In this document: piece after piece, positions 14,609-24,374 of the stretch | How the letters are laid out: each line of letters starts with the position of its first letter | Position numbering within the stretch: the first letter of the stretch is position 1 | Source of the DNA: Clostridia bacterium | Lineage (GTDB): Bacteria > Bacillota > Clostridia > UBA1381 > UBA9506 | Length of the DNA stretch: 64,000 nucleotides | Assembly: GCA_017935435.1 (NCBI GenBank) | Contig: JAGBHP010000006.1 | Coordinates: 2,726-66,725, forward strand | Direction of reading: 5' to 3' | Translations under genes and position numbers: made by a program | Notes under the pieces: generated by a model | The model's database searches: none | What the model saw: only the letters and a program-made list of their open reading frames with translations | Told to the model about the DNA's origin: nothing

Positions 14609-15244
14609 ATGCTCAATATGAAGCAAATTATCGCGGAAAATCCGATTCTTGCGATTATGAGAAATGTTCCCAAGGAAATTGCAATAGACTATGCAAAGGC
14701 AATTTCAGATGGCGGAGTAAAGTTTTTTGAAGTAGCGCTAAATTCTAAGGATGCTTTAGAGGAAATTGAAATGCTTAAAAACTATTTTGGCGAAAATGCC
14801 TATATAGGAGCAGGCACTGCGATAACAGTAGAGCGTGCTGAAAGTGCTGTAAAAAGCGGCGCACAGTTCTTGCTTGCGCCATCTACGGATATAGATGTGC
14901 TTTCGTGGTGTGCAAAAGAAAATGTATCAATTCTACCCGGGGCGCTTACACCGACAGATGTTTCTACATGCGTGCGCTATGGATTTAATATAATTAAGCT
15001 TTTTCCTGCGGGTGACATGCCAAATGGTTACATAAAGAGCCTTAAGGGGCCGTTTGATGATACGGATTATGTTGCAATCGGCGGCGTAAATAAAGATAAT
15101 ATCAGCGATTTTTTTAAACAGGGATATATTGGTGTTGGTCTTGGAAGCAATATTTTGCCTAAAGAGGCAGTTTTAAAAAGAGATTGGGCTTTGGCAAGCG
15201 ATTATGTGAAAAGCTTGCTCCAAAAGATTAAAGAAAATGCATAG
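14609..15244 (+). CDS. eda: 2-dehydro-3-deoxyphosphogluconate / KDPGal aldolase (Eda family)
   Basis: FEVALNS, GAGT and KLFPA motifs of class I KDPG aldolases. Confidence 0.85.
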   Translation: MLNMKQIIAENPILAIMRNVPKEIAIDYAKAISDGGVKFFEVALNSKDALEEIEMLKNYFGENAYIGAGTAITVERAESAVKSGAQFLLAPSTDIDVLSWCAKENVSILPGALTPTDVSTCVRYGFNIIKLFPAGDMPNGYIKSLKGPFDDTDYVAIGGVNKDNISDFFKQGYIGVGLGSNILPKEAVLKRDWALASDYVKSLLQKIKENA

Positions 15245-15256
15245 GGGGAGAGAAAT

Positions 15257-16405
15257 ATGAAAATTGTAAGTGTTAATACATATTTTGTACGCCCAAGGTG
15301 GGGCTTTGTTGAAATCGAAACGGATGATGGGTTTGTCGGTTGGGGCGAAGCGGTTTTAGAGGGGCATGCAAGTGCTGTGCTTGCGTGCGTCGAGGAAATG
15401 AAGGATTATTTAATCGGTCAGGACGCAGGAAATATTGAGGGACTTTGGGAAACAATGTACCGCGCAGGATTTTACCGCGGCGGCGGAGTTTTGATGAGTG
15501 CAATTTCAGGCATCGACCAGGCTCTTTGGGATATTAAAGGCAAGTACTTTGGTGTGCCTGTTTATGAGCTTATGGGAGGAAGATGCCGTGATAAAATGAA
15601 GGTTTATTCGTGGGTTGGCGGTGATCGTCCGTCTGATGTTGGGAGTGCAGCTAAGGAAAAAATGGACGCAGGCTTTCGTGCAATAAAAATGAATGCAACG
15701 GAAGAACTTCAAATGATAGATTCTTATGATAAAATTGATGCAGTTTTAGAGCGTGTTGCGGCAATTCGCGAAACTTGTGGAAAATATTTTGGTATCGCAA
15801 TCGACTTTCACGGAAGAGTTCATAAGCCTATGGCAAAAATCTTAGCTAAAAAGCTTGAAGAGTTTGACCCGATGTTTATTGAAGAACCTGTACTTTGCGA
15901 AAATATGGAGGTATTTAAGGAGATTGCGGCTTGCTGTAACATACCGATTGCAACGGGTGAAAGGCTTTTTTCAAAATATGATTTTAAAAGACTTTTGTCT
16001 TATGGCGGCGTAGATATAATTCAGCCTGATTTATCACATGCGGGCGGAATTACCGAGGTTAAAAAGATTGCAGCCATGGCAGAAAGCTATGATGTGGCTT
16101 TAGCACCGCACTGTCCGCTTGGACCGATTGCGCTTAGCGCATGCTTAAATGTCGATGCAACGAGCTATAATGCGGTAATTCAGGAGCAGAGCATAGGTAT
16201 TCACTATAATGTTGGAAAAAGTGTTCTTGATTATGTTAAAAATCAGGAAGATTTTAAGTTTACTGACGGCTTTGTGGAATTGCCCAAACTTGCAGGTCTT
16301 GGTGTAGATGTAAATAAAGAACTCGTAATAGAAGAAAATAAAAATCCACACAACTGGAAAAATCCTGTGTGGCATCACGAGGATGGCTCAGTCAGTGAGT
16401 GGTAA
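15257..16405 (+). CDS. dgoD: D-galactonate dehydratase (enolase superfamily)
   Basis: 382 aa, collinear with E. coli DgoD as I recall it from PRW.F..IETD.G.VGWGE through the C-terminal NP.W.HEDGSV.EW. Confidence 0.88.
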   Translation: MKIVSVNTYFVRPRWGFVEIETDDGFVGWGEAVLEGHASAVLACVEEMKDYLIGQDAGNIEGLWETMYRAGFYRGGGVLMSAISGIDQALWDIKGKYFGVPVYELMGGRCRDKMKVYSWVGGDRPSDVGSAAKEKMDAGFRAIKMNATEELQMIDSYDKIDAVLERVAAIRETCGKYFGIAIDFHGRVHKPMAKILAKKLEEFDPMFIEEPVLCENMEVFKEIAACCNIPIATGERLFSKYDFKRLLSYGGVDIIQPDLSHAGGITEVKKIAAMAESYDVALAPHCPLGPIALSACLNVDATSYNAVIQEQSIGIHYNVGKSVLDYVKNQEDFKFTDGFVELPKLAGLGVDVNKELVIEENKNPHNWKNPVWHHEDGSVSEW

Positions 16406-16421
16406 GAAAGGGGAGGTTATA

Positions 16422-17726
16422 TTGAAAACTACGTATACAAAGGAAATACGTGTACGGGGAGAATATGATGTGGTAATTTGCGGCGGAGGTCCTGCAGGAA
16501 TAGGCGCGGCGGTTGCGGCGGCAGAGAAGGGTGCAAAAACCCTGCTTGTTGAAAGACTCGGCTTTTTAGGGGGAATGGCAACTGCAGGACTTGTTAATCC
16601 AATGAGTGAGTTTGCATATAACAATAAAAGGGTTATAGGTGGCATTGCGTGGCGCTTTGCTAAAATGTTAGAGGACGCTAATGGTGCAATAATTGAATAT
16701 CCCCGTTGCAATATTTCGTTTAATCCTGAAATTTATAAGGTTGTAGCTCAAAGAATGGTACTGGGAGCGGGTGTGGATTTACTTACAAATACTCAACTTG
16801 TCGATTGTGTTGTTTTAGACGGATGCATAAAGGAGATTATTGTGGCAGGAAAAAATGGTATGGAAGCAATACGCAGTAAATACTTTATTGATGCAACCGG
16901 AGATGCGACACTTGCTGAATTTGCGGGGATGGAAATGCTTGAAAATAGTCGTCCGATGCAGCCGGGAACATTATGCTTTACAATGGCGAATGTGGACACT
17001 TCGAGCGAAAGACTTAATATTATTCATCAAAAAACCCAGGGTATAAATCATCAGGCAATGTGCATAAGGGAAAAACTGCTTGAGTTAAAAGCGCAAGGCG
17101 TTTGTGTGCCGCAATTTGGGGGTCCGTGGTTGTGCACAACGTTAAACGAAGGCGTTATTACACTTAATCTTACAAGAGCAGCTATGGATGCGTCAAATGC
17201 AGAAAGCTATAATGCTGCGGAAAGAACCCTGCTTGAAGATGTATTTACGTTTGCTAAGCTTATTACTGAAAATGTAGAAGAATTTAAAAATGCGTATGTA
17301 TCTTCTGTTGCGACCATTACCGGAACAAGACAGAGTCGCCGTATAAAAGGTATACATACTCTTACCGGAGAAGAATATGCAAACGGCGTGAAATTTAAGG
17401 ATTCTATTGCACGTGCTTGTCACGCAATAGACATTCATCTTCCGGGAGATGAGGGGCAGATTTTGAAATACCCTGACGATGCAGGCTATATACCATATGA
17501 CAGTATGGTGAATGAAAATTTTGATAATTTAATTATTGCAGGAAGAGCAATATCTGCGGATGAAGATGCTTTTGCGGCAATCAGAGTTCAGGCTCCGTGT
17601 ATGGAAATGGGACAGGCGGCAGGATTTGCAGTGAATATCTGTATGAAAAACGGAAATATTCCGGTTTGGAATATTAACCGTGCAGAGCTTGTTGAAAAGG
17701 TGAGAAAAGAAGGAAGCTTTGTTTAA
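16422..17726 (+). CDS. FAD-dependent oxidoreductase (FAD_oxidored/PF12831-like)
   Basis: DVVICGGGPAGIGAAVAAAE dinucleotide-binding motif. TTG 16422 with GGGGAGG RBS preferred over the ATG at 16383, which overlaps dgoD. Confidence 0.75.
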   Translation: MKTTYTKEIRVRGEYDVVICGGGPAGIGAAVAAAEKGAKTLLVERLGFLGGMATAGLVNPMSEFAYNNKRVIGGIAWRFAKMLEDANGAIIEYPRCNISFNPEIYKVVAQRMVLGAGVDLLTNTQLVDCVVLDGCIKEIIVAGKNGMEAIRSKYFIDATGDATLAEFAGMEMLENSRPMQPGTLCFTMANVDTSSERLNIIHQKTQGINHQAMCIREKLLELKAQGVCVPQFGGPWLCTTLNEGVITLNLTRAAMDASNAESYNAAERTLLEDVFTFAKLITENVEEFKNAYVSSVATITGTRQSRRIKGIHTLTGEEYANGVKFKDSIARACHAIDIHLPGDEGQILKYPDDAGYIPYDSMVNENFDNLIIAGRAISADEDAFAAIRVQAPCMEMGQAAGFAVNICMKNGNIPVWNINRAELVEKVRKEGSFV

Positions 17727-17783
17727 GGCAAAGGTAGTTTTTAATGGCTTTAATAAGCTTTTCAAAGTTTGAGGAGGTTAAAA

Positions 17784-18650
17784 ATGAGATTATCTTTAGA
17801 AAACTATATATTAAGAAACCGTTTTGGTGAGGAAGAAGCAATAAAAATGGCAAAGGAAGCGGGTTTTGATGCCATTGACTATTCTTATTATTGGCTCGAT
17901 GAAAACTCTGAAATTTTGGGAGAAAATTATTTAGAGTATGCTAAAAATGTGAAAAAACTCCTTGAAAAATATGGCTTGGTTTGTAATCAGGCGCATGCAC
18001 CGTTTGATTTAAAATATGACGATAATTTGGATATGTCGAACGAAAAGTATTTGTGTCTTGTGCGCTCGATTGAGGCGGCAGGCTTAATTGGTGCAGAAAA
18101 CATCGTGGTTCACACAATTCATATGCCGGAGAATTCAGAAAAGGGCTTTTGGGAATACAATCAGAATTTCTATAAAGGACTTGCACCTTTTGCACAAAAA
18201 GCAGGGATTAAAATTGCGGTTGAAAACCTTTTTTGCAGAGATAGCAAAAGACAGTGCATAAGCAGGCAGGGAAGGCTTGCAACACCTGAGATGCTGAGCC
18301 GATTTGTTAAAGAACTCGGAACGGATAATTTTAGCGCTTGCATAGATTTAGGTCATGCTGCAATTTCAGGAACTGAGCCTGAGGATTTTATTTGCGGTAT
18401 GGAAAAAGGACTTATAAAAGCGCTGCATGTTCAGGATACTGATTATTTAGATGACAGACATACAATTCCGTATGCCGCAAAGCACAACTGGCAGAATATA
18501 ACAAGAGCTTTAAAGGACTATGGATATAGTGGTGATTTGACGTTTGAAACACTTAAGTTTATTCAAGGATTTCCTGATAAGCTTATGCCAAAGTGCCTTG
18601 AATTTATGGCAAGTATTGGGCGGTATCTTATAGATTTAATTGAAAATTAA
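17784..18650 (+). CDS. sugar phosphate isomerase/epimerase (xylose isomerase-like TIM barrel)
   Basis: AP-endonuclease-2/TIM barrel blocks (VVHT, AVENL, DLGHA, HVQD). GAGGAGG RBS before ATG 17784. Confidence 0.8.
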   Translation: MRLSLENYILRNRFGEEEAIKMAKEAGFDAIDYSYYWLDENSEILGENYLEYAKNVKKLLEKYGLVCNQAHAPFDLKYDDNLDMSNEKYLCLVRSIEAAGLIGAENIVVHTIHMPENSEKGFWEYNQNFYKGLAPFAQKAGIKIAVENLFCRDSKRQCISRQGRLATPEMLSRFVKELGTDNFSACIDLGHAAISGTEPEDFICGMEKGLIKALHVQDTDYLDDRHTIPYAAKHNWQNITRALKDYGYSGDLTFETLKFIQGFPDKLMPKCLEFMASIGRYLIDLIEN

Positions 18651-18653
18651 CTA

Positions 18654-18698
18654 AAAAAGCGGATATTGTGACACAATTTGTTGCAGTATTCGCTTTTT
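18654..18698 (+). terminator. terminator after the sugar-acid cluster
   Basis: AAAAAGCGGATATTG-loop-CAGTATTCGCTTTTT. Confidence 0.7.
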
Positions 18699-18722
18699 GT
18701 ATTAAAATATTAGCCTTAAAAA

Positions 18723-18751
18723 TTGACTTTTTGTGTTTTTTATGATAAAAT
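18723..18751 (+). promoter_or_regulatory. promoter for the Pro/Ser-rich gene and tsaEB
   Basis: TTGACT, 17-nt spacer, TAAAAT with TGa extended -10. Confidence 0.55.
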
Positions 18752-18790
18752 ATTAAGGATGATTTCTTCTAAAAGTTAAGGAGGATAATT

Positions 18791-19369
18791 ATGGCAAGAC
18801 GTAGAAAGAAAAATCAGGGCGCTAAGAAGGCATTAATGTTTATAATATTTTTCTTGGTGCTTGTACTCATATTTTTAGGTTCATTTTGGATAACAGGTAT
18901 GGTTTTAAGGCATCAGTCTGATGTCGGAGATGGTTGGTACAGCGGTGATGATGAGGTAACAGAAACTCAAAAGCCGGCAAAAGATAAAGAAGACGAGGAT
19001 AAAAAGGACAGTAAAGATGATAGTGACGTAAAGCCGTCGGAGACGCCTTCTGCAGAACCGAGTGCTACGCCGAAACCGAGTGAATCGCCAAAGCCGAGCG
19101 AAACACCAAAACCGTCGGTGTCACCAAAGCCGTCGGCAGCGCCGCAGGCTTCTGCTTCGCCAAAACCCTCAGTAGCACCAGTAGTTACACCATCGCCGAA
19201 ACCATCGGCAACACCTGCACCGTCAGCTACACCGAAGCCGTCTGTTGCACCAAGCCCAAGCCCGAGTCCGAGTCCAAGCCCGAGCGCAGCACCTGCGCCG
19301 AGTGAAGCTCCGGCACCTGTCAAAAAACCGATAAAACCGGTAGCTCCGGGAGCGGAGGCAGTAGGCTGA
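18791..19369 (+). CDS. membrane-anchored low-complexity protein with (S/T)PKPS repeats
   Basis: Basic N-terminus, one TM helix, an acidic stretch, then about 100 aa of PKPS/PSPS repeats. Stop overlaps the tsaE start (ATGA). Confidence 0.6.
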   Translation: MARRRKKNQGAKKALMFIIFFLVLVLIFLGSFWITGMVLRHQSDVGDGWYSGDDEVTETQKPAKDKEDEDKKDSKDDSDVKPSETPSAEPSATPKPSESPKPSETPKPSVSPKPSAAPQASASPKPSVAPVVTPSPKPSATPAPSATPKPSVAPSPSPSPSPSPSAAPAPSEAPAPVKKPIKPVAPGAEAVG

Positions 19370-19803
19370 TGACAGAAAGAACAGTTATAACAACAAGTGA
19401 AAGTGAAACCTTTGAGCTTGCAGTAAATTTTGCAAAAACGCTTGAAGCGGGAAGTGTAATTTGTCTTTCGGGAGATTTGGGAGCAGGAAAAACTGTTTTT
19501 GCCAAAGGTATTTGCAGTGCGCTTGACGTAACGGAATACATAAGCAGTCCGACCTTTACCATTGTAAATGAATATGAAGGAAAAATGCGCGTTTTTCATT
19601 TTGATATGTATAGAATTGAAGACGAGGATGAGCTTATTGAAATCGGATATGATGAATATTTGGCAAGTGGAGGAATATGCATCATAGAGTGGCCCGAAAA
19701 TATAAAAAATTCCCTGCCTAAAAAAAGGATTGAGATTTCAATTTTAAGAGATTTATCGGTGGGCGATGACGTAAGGAAAGTTATTTTTAAGGAGTTTAAG
19801 TGA
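19369..19803 (+). CDS. tsaE: tRNA t6A37 biosynthesis ATPase TsaE
   Basis: GDLGAGKT Walker A, SPTF and HFD.YR motifs. Confidence 0.9.
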   Translation: MTERTVITTSESETFELAVNFAKTLEAGSVICLSGDLGAGKTVFAKGICSALDVTEYISSPTFTIVNEYEGKMRVFHFDMYRIEDEDELIEIGYDEYLASGGICIIEWPENIKNSLPKKRIEISILRDLSVGDDVRKVIFKEFK

Positions 19804-20468
19804 TGCGTATATTGGGTACGGAAACTTCGTCACGTGCGGCAACTGTTGCACTTTTAGAAGACGGCGAAATATTGTGTGAATATACTCTAAATCATAAAAA
19901 GACACATTCTCAGGTTATGCAGCCTCTTGTTTTGCGTATGCTTGGCGACCTTGGTCTTACGCTTTCAGATATTGATGTTTTTGCGTGCGGAATAGGTCCA
20001 GGCTCTTTTACGGGTCTTAGAATTGGTGTTTCTATGACAAAGGGCTTTGCGCAGGCACTTTCAAAACCGTGTGCCGCCGTTAGTACGCTTATGGCGCTCA
20101 GCCAAAACGTATATGGCTTTAATGGAGTAAGAGTTTCTTTGATTTATGCAAGAGCTGATGAAGTTTTTTATGGAATATATGATGATGAAAAGGCGTCAGA
20201 GGGCGTTTGCACGATTGATGAGCTTTTAGATATGCTTGCGGGTCAAAAATGCATTTTCTGTGGTGATGGCGCAGAGGTATTTAAAGAAAAAATCAGCTCA
20301 AAAATGGGCGAATGTGCAGTTTTTGCAAACAAAAGGCAAAATATTGTAAGTGCGTCCGCTATATGCTTGCTTGCTCAAAAACAAGCAAACGAAGAAAAGC
20401 TTGTAAGCTTTAGTGAGCTTGCGCCTGTTTATATGCGTCCGTCGCAGGCAGAGCGTGAATTTGGTTAA
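19803..20468 (+). CDS. tsaB: tRNA t6A37 biosynthesis protein TsaB
   Basis: ILG.ETS N-terminus, GPGSFTGLRIG motif. TGATG overlap with tsaE. Confidence 0.9.
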   Translation: MRILGTETSSRAATVALLEDGEILCEYTLNHKKTHSQVMQPLVLRMLGDLGLTLSDIDVFACGIGPGSFTGLRIGVSMTKGFAQALSKPCAAVSTLMALSQNVYGFNGVRVSLIYARADEVFYGIYDDEKASEGVCTIDELLDMLAGQKCIFCGDGAEVFKEKISSKMGECAVFANKRQNIVSASAICLLAQKQANEEKLVSFSELAPVYMRPSQAEREFG

Positions 20469-20488
20469 TTAAGTATAAAGGAGATAGA

Positions 20489-20620
20489 TTAACGTGAAAA
20501 ATCACGTTAGCCTCCGGCGGATTTAAATGCACCGCCGATTTTTCGTGACGAAAGGCACGAAACGGCGATGTGCAATTTTATCATACGCCTTATCTGCCCA
20601 CGATGAGGAACGTGTGTATT
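20489..20620. repeat. run of four short GC-containing hairpins downstream of tsaB
   Basis: TAACGTGA/TCACGTTA, CGGCGG/CCGCCG, TTTCGTG/CACGAAA, CACG/CGTG. Confidence 0.5.
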
Positions 20621-20649
20621 TTTAATTACTATTTGTGGGCAGAAAGGCT

Positions 20650-21096
20650 ATGGAAATTATTATGATAGGAATTGGATGTGACCATGGTGGTGTAGAGCTT
20701 AAAAATGTTCTGCGTGACCATTTAAAAGATTTGGGTTATGAGGTAGTTGACCACGGAGTTTTCGATAAACAAAGCGTGGATTATCCTGATATTGCAAAGG
20801 ATGTTTGTCCGCACGTTGTAAGCGGAGAATATGAGTTTGCGGTGCTTGTTTGCGGAACGGGAATTGGTATTTCGATTGCGGCAAATAAGATTGACGGGGT
20901 GCGTTGTGCACTTGTAAATAACGAATATAGCGCCGCTAAAACAAAAGAGCATAACAATGCAAATGTTTTGGCTTTTGGCGGAAGAACAACGGGTCCTGAC
21001 CTTGCGATTTCGATTATCGACAGCTATATAAATGCTGAATTTCAAGGCGGAAGACACCAAAACCGCATTGATAAAATTCATGAACTTGAAAAATAA
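20650..21096 (+). CDS. rpiB: ribose-5-phosphate isomerase B
   Basis: IGIGCDHGG and CGTGIGISIAANK motifs. Start ambiguous between 20650 and 20662. Confidence 0.88.
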   Translation: MEIIMIGIGCDHGGVELKNVLRDHLKDLGYEVVDHGVFDKQSVDYPDIAKDVCPHVVSGEYEFAVLVCGTGIGISIAANKIDGVRCALVNNEYSAAKTKEHNNANVLAFGGRTTGPDLAISIIDSYINAEFQGGRHQNRIDKIHELEK

Positions 21097-21136
21097 CATA
21101 CATAAAAAAAATAAATAAAAAAAAGGGGGGAGTAAC

Positions 21137-21625
21137 TTGGAAAGACGAGATAAAGCCAATTATTATTTAGATATAGCAGAGTCTGTTTTGGAGCGTGGAA
21201 CGTGCATAAGGCGTAATTATGGTGCAATTATCGTAAAAAATGACGAAATTATATCAACAGGCTATACTGGTGCGCCGAGAGGCAGAAAAAACTGCATAGA
21301 TTTGGGATATTGCAGACGCGAAAAAATGAATATTCCAAGGGGAGAGCGATATGAACTGTGCCGCAGCGTTCATTCTGAGGCAAACTGCATTATAAGTGCA
21401 TCACGAAGAGATATGATTGACTCTACGATGTATCTTGTGGGAAAAGATGCGCAGACGGGCGAGCTTGTAAAAAATGCCACGAGTTGTGCTATGTGTAAAC
21501 GAATGATAATTAACGCAGGAATAAAAACGGTTATTGTTCGTGATACGCAAACAGAGTATAGGGTGATTAATACTGAGGACTGGATAACGGAGGACGATTC
21601 GCTTTCCGATGAACTTGGTTATTAA
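21137..21625 (+). CDS. dCMP deaminase (ComEB-type cytidine/deoxycytidylate deaminase)
   Basis: HSEANCI and CAMCKRMIINAGI zinc-binding motifs. TTG start after a G-rich RBS. Confidence 0.85.
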   Translation: MERRDKANYYLDIAESVLERGTCIRRNYGAIIVKNDEIISTGYTGAPRGRKNCIDLGYCRREKMNIPRGERYELCRSVHSEANCIISASRRDMIDSTMYLVGKDAQTGELVKNATSCAMCKRMIINAGIKTVIVRDTQTEYRVINTEDWITEDDSLSDELGY

Positions 21626-21683
21626 TTTGCTTTTAGGTTAAAGAGAAATAAAAAATACAAAATAAAATGACAGGAGATTATTT

Positions 21684-23147
21684 ATGAATTATACGGAATT
21701 TGCAGTATTTGTTGTGTACTTACTTTTTATGCTTGCTATCGGCGTTTACTTCTTCTTTAAGAATAAAAACGCAGGCGAAAAGGGTTACTTTTTAGGCGGA
21801 AGAAAAATGGGACCTTGGGTTTCTGCTTTGTCTGCCGGCGCATCGGATATGAGTGCGTGGGTTTTGATGGGTCTTCCCACTGCAATTTATGCAGTTGGCT
21901 TTGGTGAGGTTTGGATTCCTGTTGGTCTTGCTATCGGATACACTATCAGCTGGATATATGAAGCTCCAAGACTTAGAAAGTTTTCAATTGTTGCAAACGA
22001 CTCAATTACAATTCCGCAGTATCTTACAAACAGATTTTTATCTAAATCTAAAGCTCTTCAGGTAATTTGCGCAATTGTATTTATTGTTGCTTATACTATT
22101 TATTCTGCATCGAGCATAAAAGCTTGCGGAACGCTCTTTAATACAGTTATGGGTATTGACGCAACAGTTGCTATGTGGATTGCAACGGTAATTATTGTTG
22201 GATATACCTTCCTTGGCGGATTTTCAGCAGTATGCTGGACAGACTTCTTCCAGGGAATGCTTATTTTAGGTGCTATGCTTTTAGCTCCTATCTTTGCAGG
22301 ATTTATGCTCGATAGCGCAGCAGTAGCAGAAACGACTACCTCACTTCCTGAAAATTACTGGAGCTTATTTGCTGATTGGAAAAAGGTTGTATCGGGTTTA
22401 GCATGGGGTCTTGGCTACTTTGGCATGCCGCACATTATCATCAGATATATGTCGATTGAGTCACAGAAATCTCTTAAAAAGTCTGCTAAAATAGGTATAA
22501 GCTGGACAGTAATTATTGTAATTGCAGCAGCATTTATCGGTATAATCGGCAGAATGTTCTTAGGTTACAGTGACGAAATCAATAACAATTCATTAGTATT
22601 TATTCAAATGGTAAGAAAAATTTTCCCGAGCCTTATTTCAGGCGTACTTTTATCAGCTGTTCTTGCAGCATCTATGAGTACGGCAGACAGTCAGTTGCTC
22701 GCAGCGTCTTCTTCTTTTGCAAGCGATGTTTATAAGCCTATTTTCCGCAAGGATAAAGCAGGCGATAAGGAAATGCTCTGGGCAGGACGTGTGGTGGTTT
22801 TTGCAATTGCAATATGTGCTATTATCATTGCGTCTGACCCGAACGCAGGTTCAATTATGAGCCTCGTTTCAAATGCGTGGGGCGTGTTCGGCGCAGCTTT
22901 TGGTCCTGCAATTATGCTCAGCCTTTTCTGGAAACGCTTTAACTTTAAAGGCGCAGTTGCAGGTATCGTAGTTGGTGCTTTGGTGGATATCTTATGGCTC
23001 GCATTCTTAGCAAGTACGGGCATTTACGAAATTCTCCCCGGTTTTGTTGCAGGCTTAATTGCAGCAGTTGTTGTATCACTTGCAACTAAAGCTCCTGAAA
23101 AAGAAGTTGAAGAACTCTTTGATAAAGCAGTAGCTTACGAAGACTAA
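21684..23147 (+). CDS. putP: sodium:proline symporter (SSS family)
   Basis: 487 aa polytopic protein. GGR.MG..VSALSAGASDMS and the C-terminal half are typical of PutP. Confidence 0.85.
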   Translation: MNYTEFAVFVVYLLFMLAIGVYFFFKNKNAGEKGYFLGGRKMGPWVSALSAGASDMSAWVLMGLPTAIYAVGFGEVWIPVGLAIGYTISWIYEAPRLRKFSIVANDSITIPQYLTNRFLSKSKALQVICAIVFIVAYTIYSASSIKACGTLFNTVMGIDATVAMWIATVIIVGYTFLGGFSAVCWTDFFQGMLILGAMLLAPIFAGFMLDSAAVAETTTSLPENYWSLFADWKKVVSGLAWGLGYFGMPHIIIRYMSIESQKSLKKSAKIGISWTVIIVIAAAFIGIIGRMFLGYSDEINNNSLVFIQMVRKIFPSLISGVLLSAVLAASMSTADSQLLAASSSFASDVYKPIFRKDKAGDKEMLWAGRVVVFAIAICAIIIASDPNAGSIMSLVSNAWGVFGAAFGPAIMLSLFWKRFNFKGAVAGIVVGALVDILWLAFLASTGIYEILPGFVAGLIAAVVVSLATKAPEKEVEELFDKAVAYED

Positions 23148-23165
23148 TAAAAAGTTAATTCGATA

Positions 23166-23205
23166 AAAATTAAATCTACCGTAAAAGGTAGATTTATTTT
23201 TTTTA
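23166..23205. terminator. bidirectional terminator between putP and glxK
   Basis: AAATCTACC-GTAAAA-GGTAGATTT followed by a T-run. Confidence 0.8.
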
Positions 23206-23217
23206 TTTATTAAAATA

Positions 23218-24357
23218 TTATTTTAAATTTATAGATGCTTTTATTATTCTGAAAAGTCTTTCTGCGGCGCTTTCGTAAAGTAATTCTGCGTTTTTAATAG
23301 CGTTATCAAGCGTCATGGGGGAGTTAACTGTGGGCATTACAGAACAGATTCCGCAGTCAAATATTTTTTCTGCGCCATCTCCCATTCCGCCAACAATTGC
23401 AAAGGCGGGTTTTCCTGCTTTTTTAGCTCTTAAACCAACTCCGCTTGCAACCTTTCCGCAAACGGATTGTCCGTCCATTCTTCCCTCGCCTGTAATTATT
23501 ACATCTGCCTTTTTTGCCAATTCGTCAAAGTTAATTAAGTCGAGAAGAGTTTCTATGCCCGATTTCATTTCTGCATCTAAAAATACGAGAAGTGCTGCGC
23601 CTAAGCCGCCTGCGGCGCCTCCGCCAGATAGATTTTCACAGGAAATACCGAGCTTTTCTTTTATTACCGAAGCATAGTTTTTCATGCCGTTTTCCAAGCG
23701 TTTTTGCATATCGCAATCTGCACCTTTTTGTGCACCAAAGATGTAGGTTGCGCCGTTTTCGCCTGTAAGTGGGTTATTTACATCGCACATGACGGTAAAT
23801 TTTGCATCTTTTGCGCTGCTATGAAGATTTGTAATGTCAATATCTGCGACTTTTTCCAAATCCTCTCCCGCACCTTTTAAAAGATTTCCGTCTTTATCGA
23901 AAAACTTAACGCCGAGAGCACTCATTGCGCCCATACCACCGTCATTTGTGGCACTTCCGCCGATTGCGATGGTTATATCTTTTGCGCCACTGTCTAATGC
24001 CGCGCGGATAAGCTCGCCTGTCCCAAAGGTTGAGGTTTTAAGCGGATTGCGCTCATTATCTTTTAAAAGAGGAAGGCCTGAAGCCTGCGCCATTTCGATA
24101 ATTGCAGAATTTTCGCCCGTTTTACCGTAGCAAGCGCAAATTTCTCTTCCTAATGGGTCTTGTGCACTAATTGTAATTTTTTTGCCTCCGGTACCTGCTA
24201 AAACGGCATCAAGCGTACCTTCTCCGCCGTCTGCGGTTAAAACAGAGTGGGTAGTGCAGTCGGGAAATGTTTTTAAAGCGGATTTAGTTAAAAGCTCGCT
24301 TATTTTTTCGGATGTAAGGCTTCCTTTAAATGAATCAGATGCAAAAAGAAAGTTCAT
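23218..24357 (-). CDS. glxK: glycerate kinase
   Basis: ASDSFKGSL N-terminus and ITGEGR.D.QS motif. Confidence 0.9.
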   Translation of the reverse strand: MNFLFASDSFKGSLTSEKISELLTKSALKTFPDCTTHSVLTADGGEGTLDAVLAGTGGKKITISAQDPLGREICACYGKTGENSAIIEMAQASGLPLLKDNERNPLKTSTFGTGELIRAALDSGAKDITIAIGGSATNDGGMGAMSALGVKFFDKDGNLLKGAGEDLEKVADIDITNLHSSAKDAKFTVMCDVNNPLTGENGATYIFGAQKGADCDMQKRLENGMKNYASVIKEKLGISCENLSGGGAAGGLGAALLVFLDAEMKSGIETLLDLINFDELAKKADVIITGEGRMDGQSVCGKVASGVGLRAKKAGKPAFAIVGGMGDGAEKIFDCGICSVMPTVNSPMTLDNAIKNAELLYESAAERLFRIIKASINLK

Positions 24358-24374
24358 ATTTTTCCTCCTTAGGG

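Noticed and set aside
18967-19599. 210-aa antisense ORF over the Pro/Ser-repeat gene and tsaE
   Set aside because: It is the mirror image of the GC-rich PKPS repeats (a Gly/Ala/Asp-rich translation), has no RBS and overlaps the well-supported tsaE.
20494-20526. 10-codon ORF (GTG) after an AAGGAG-like sequence downstream of tsaB
   Set aside because: It is too short, it overlaps hairpin repeats, and the RBS-like sequence may be fortuitous.
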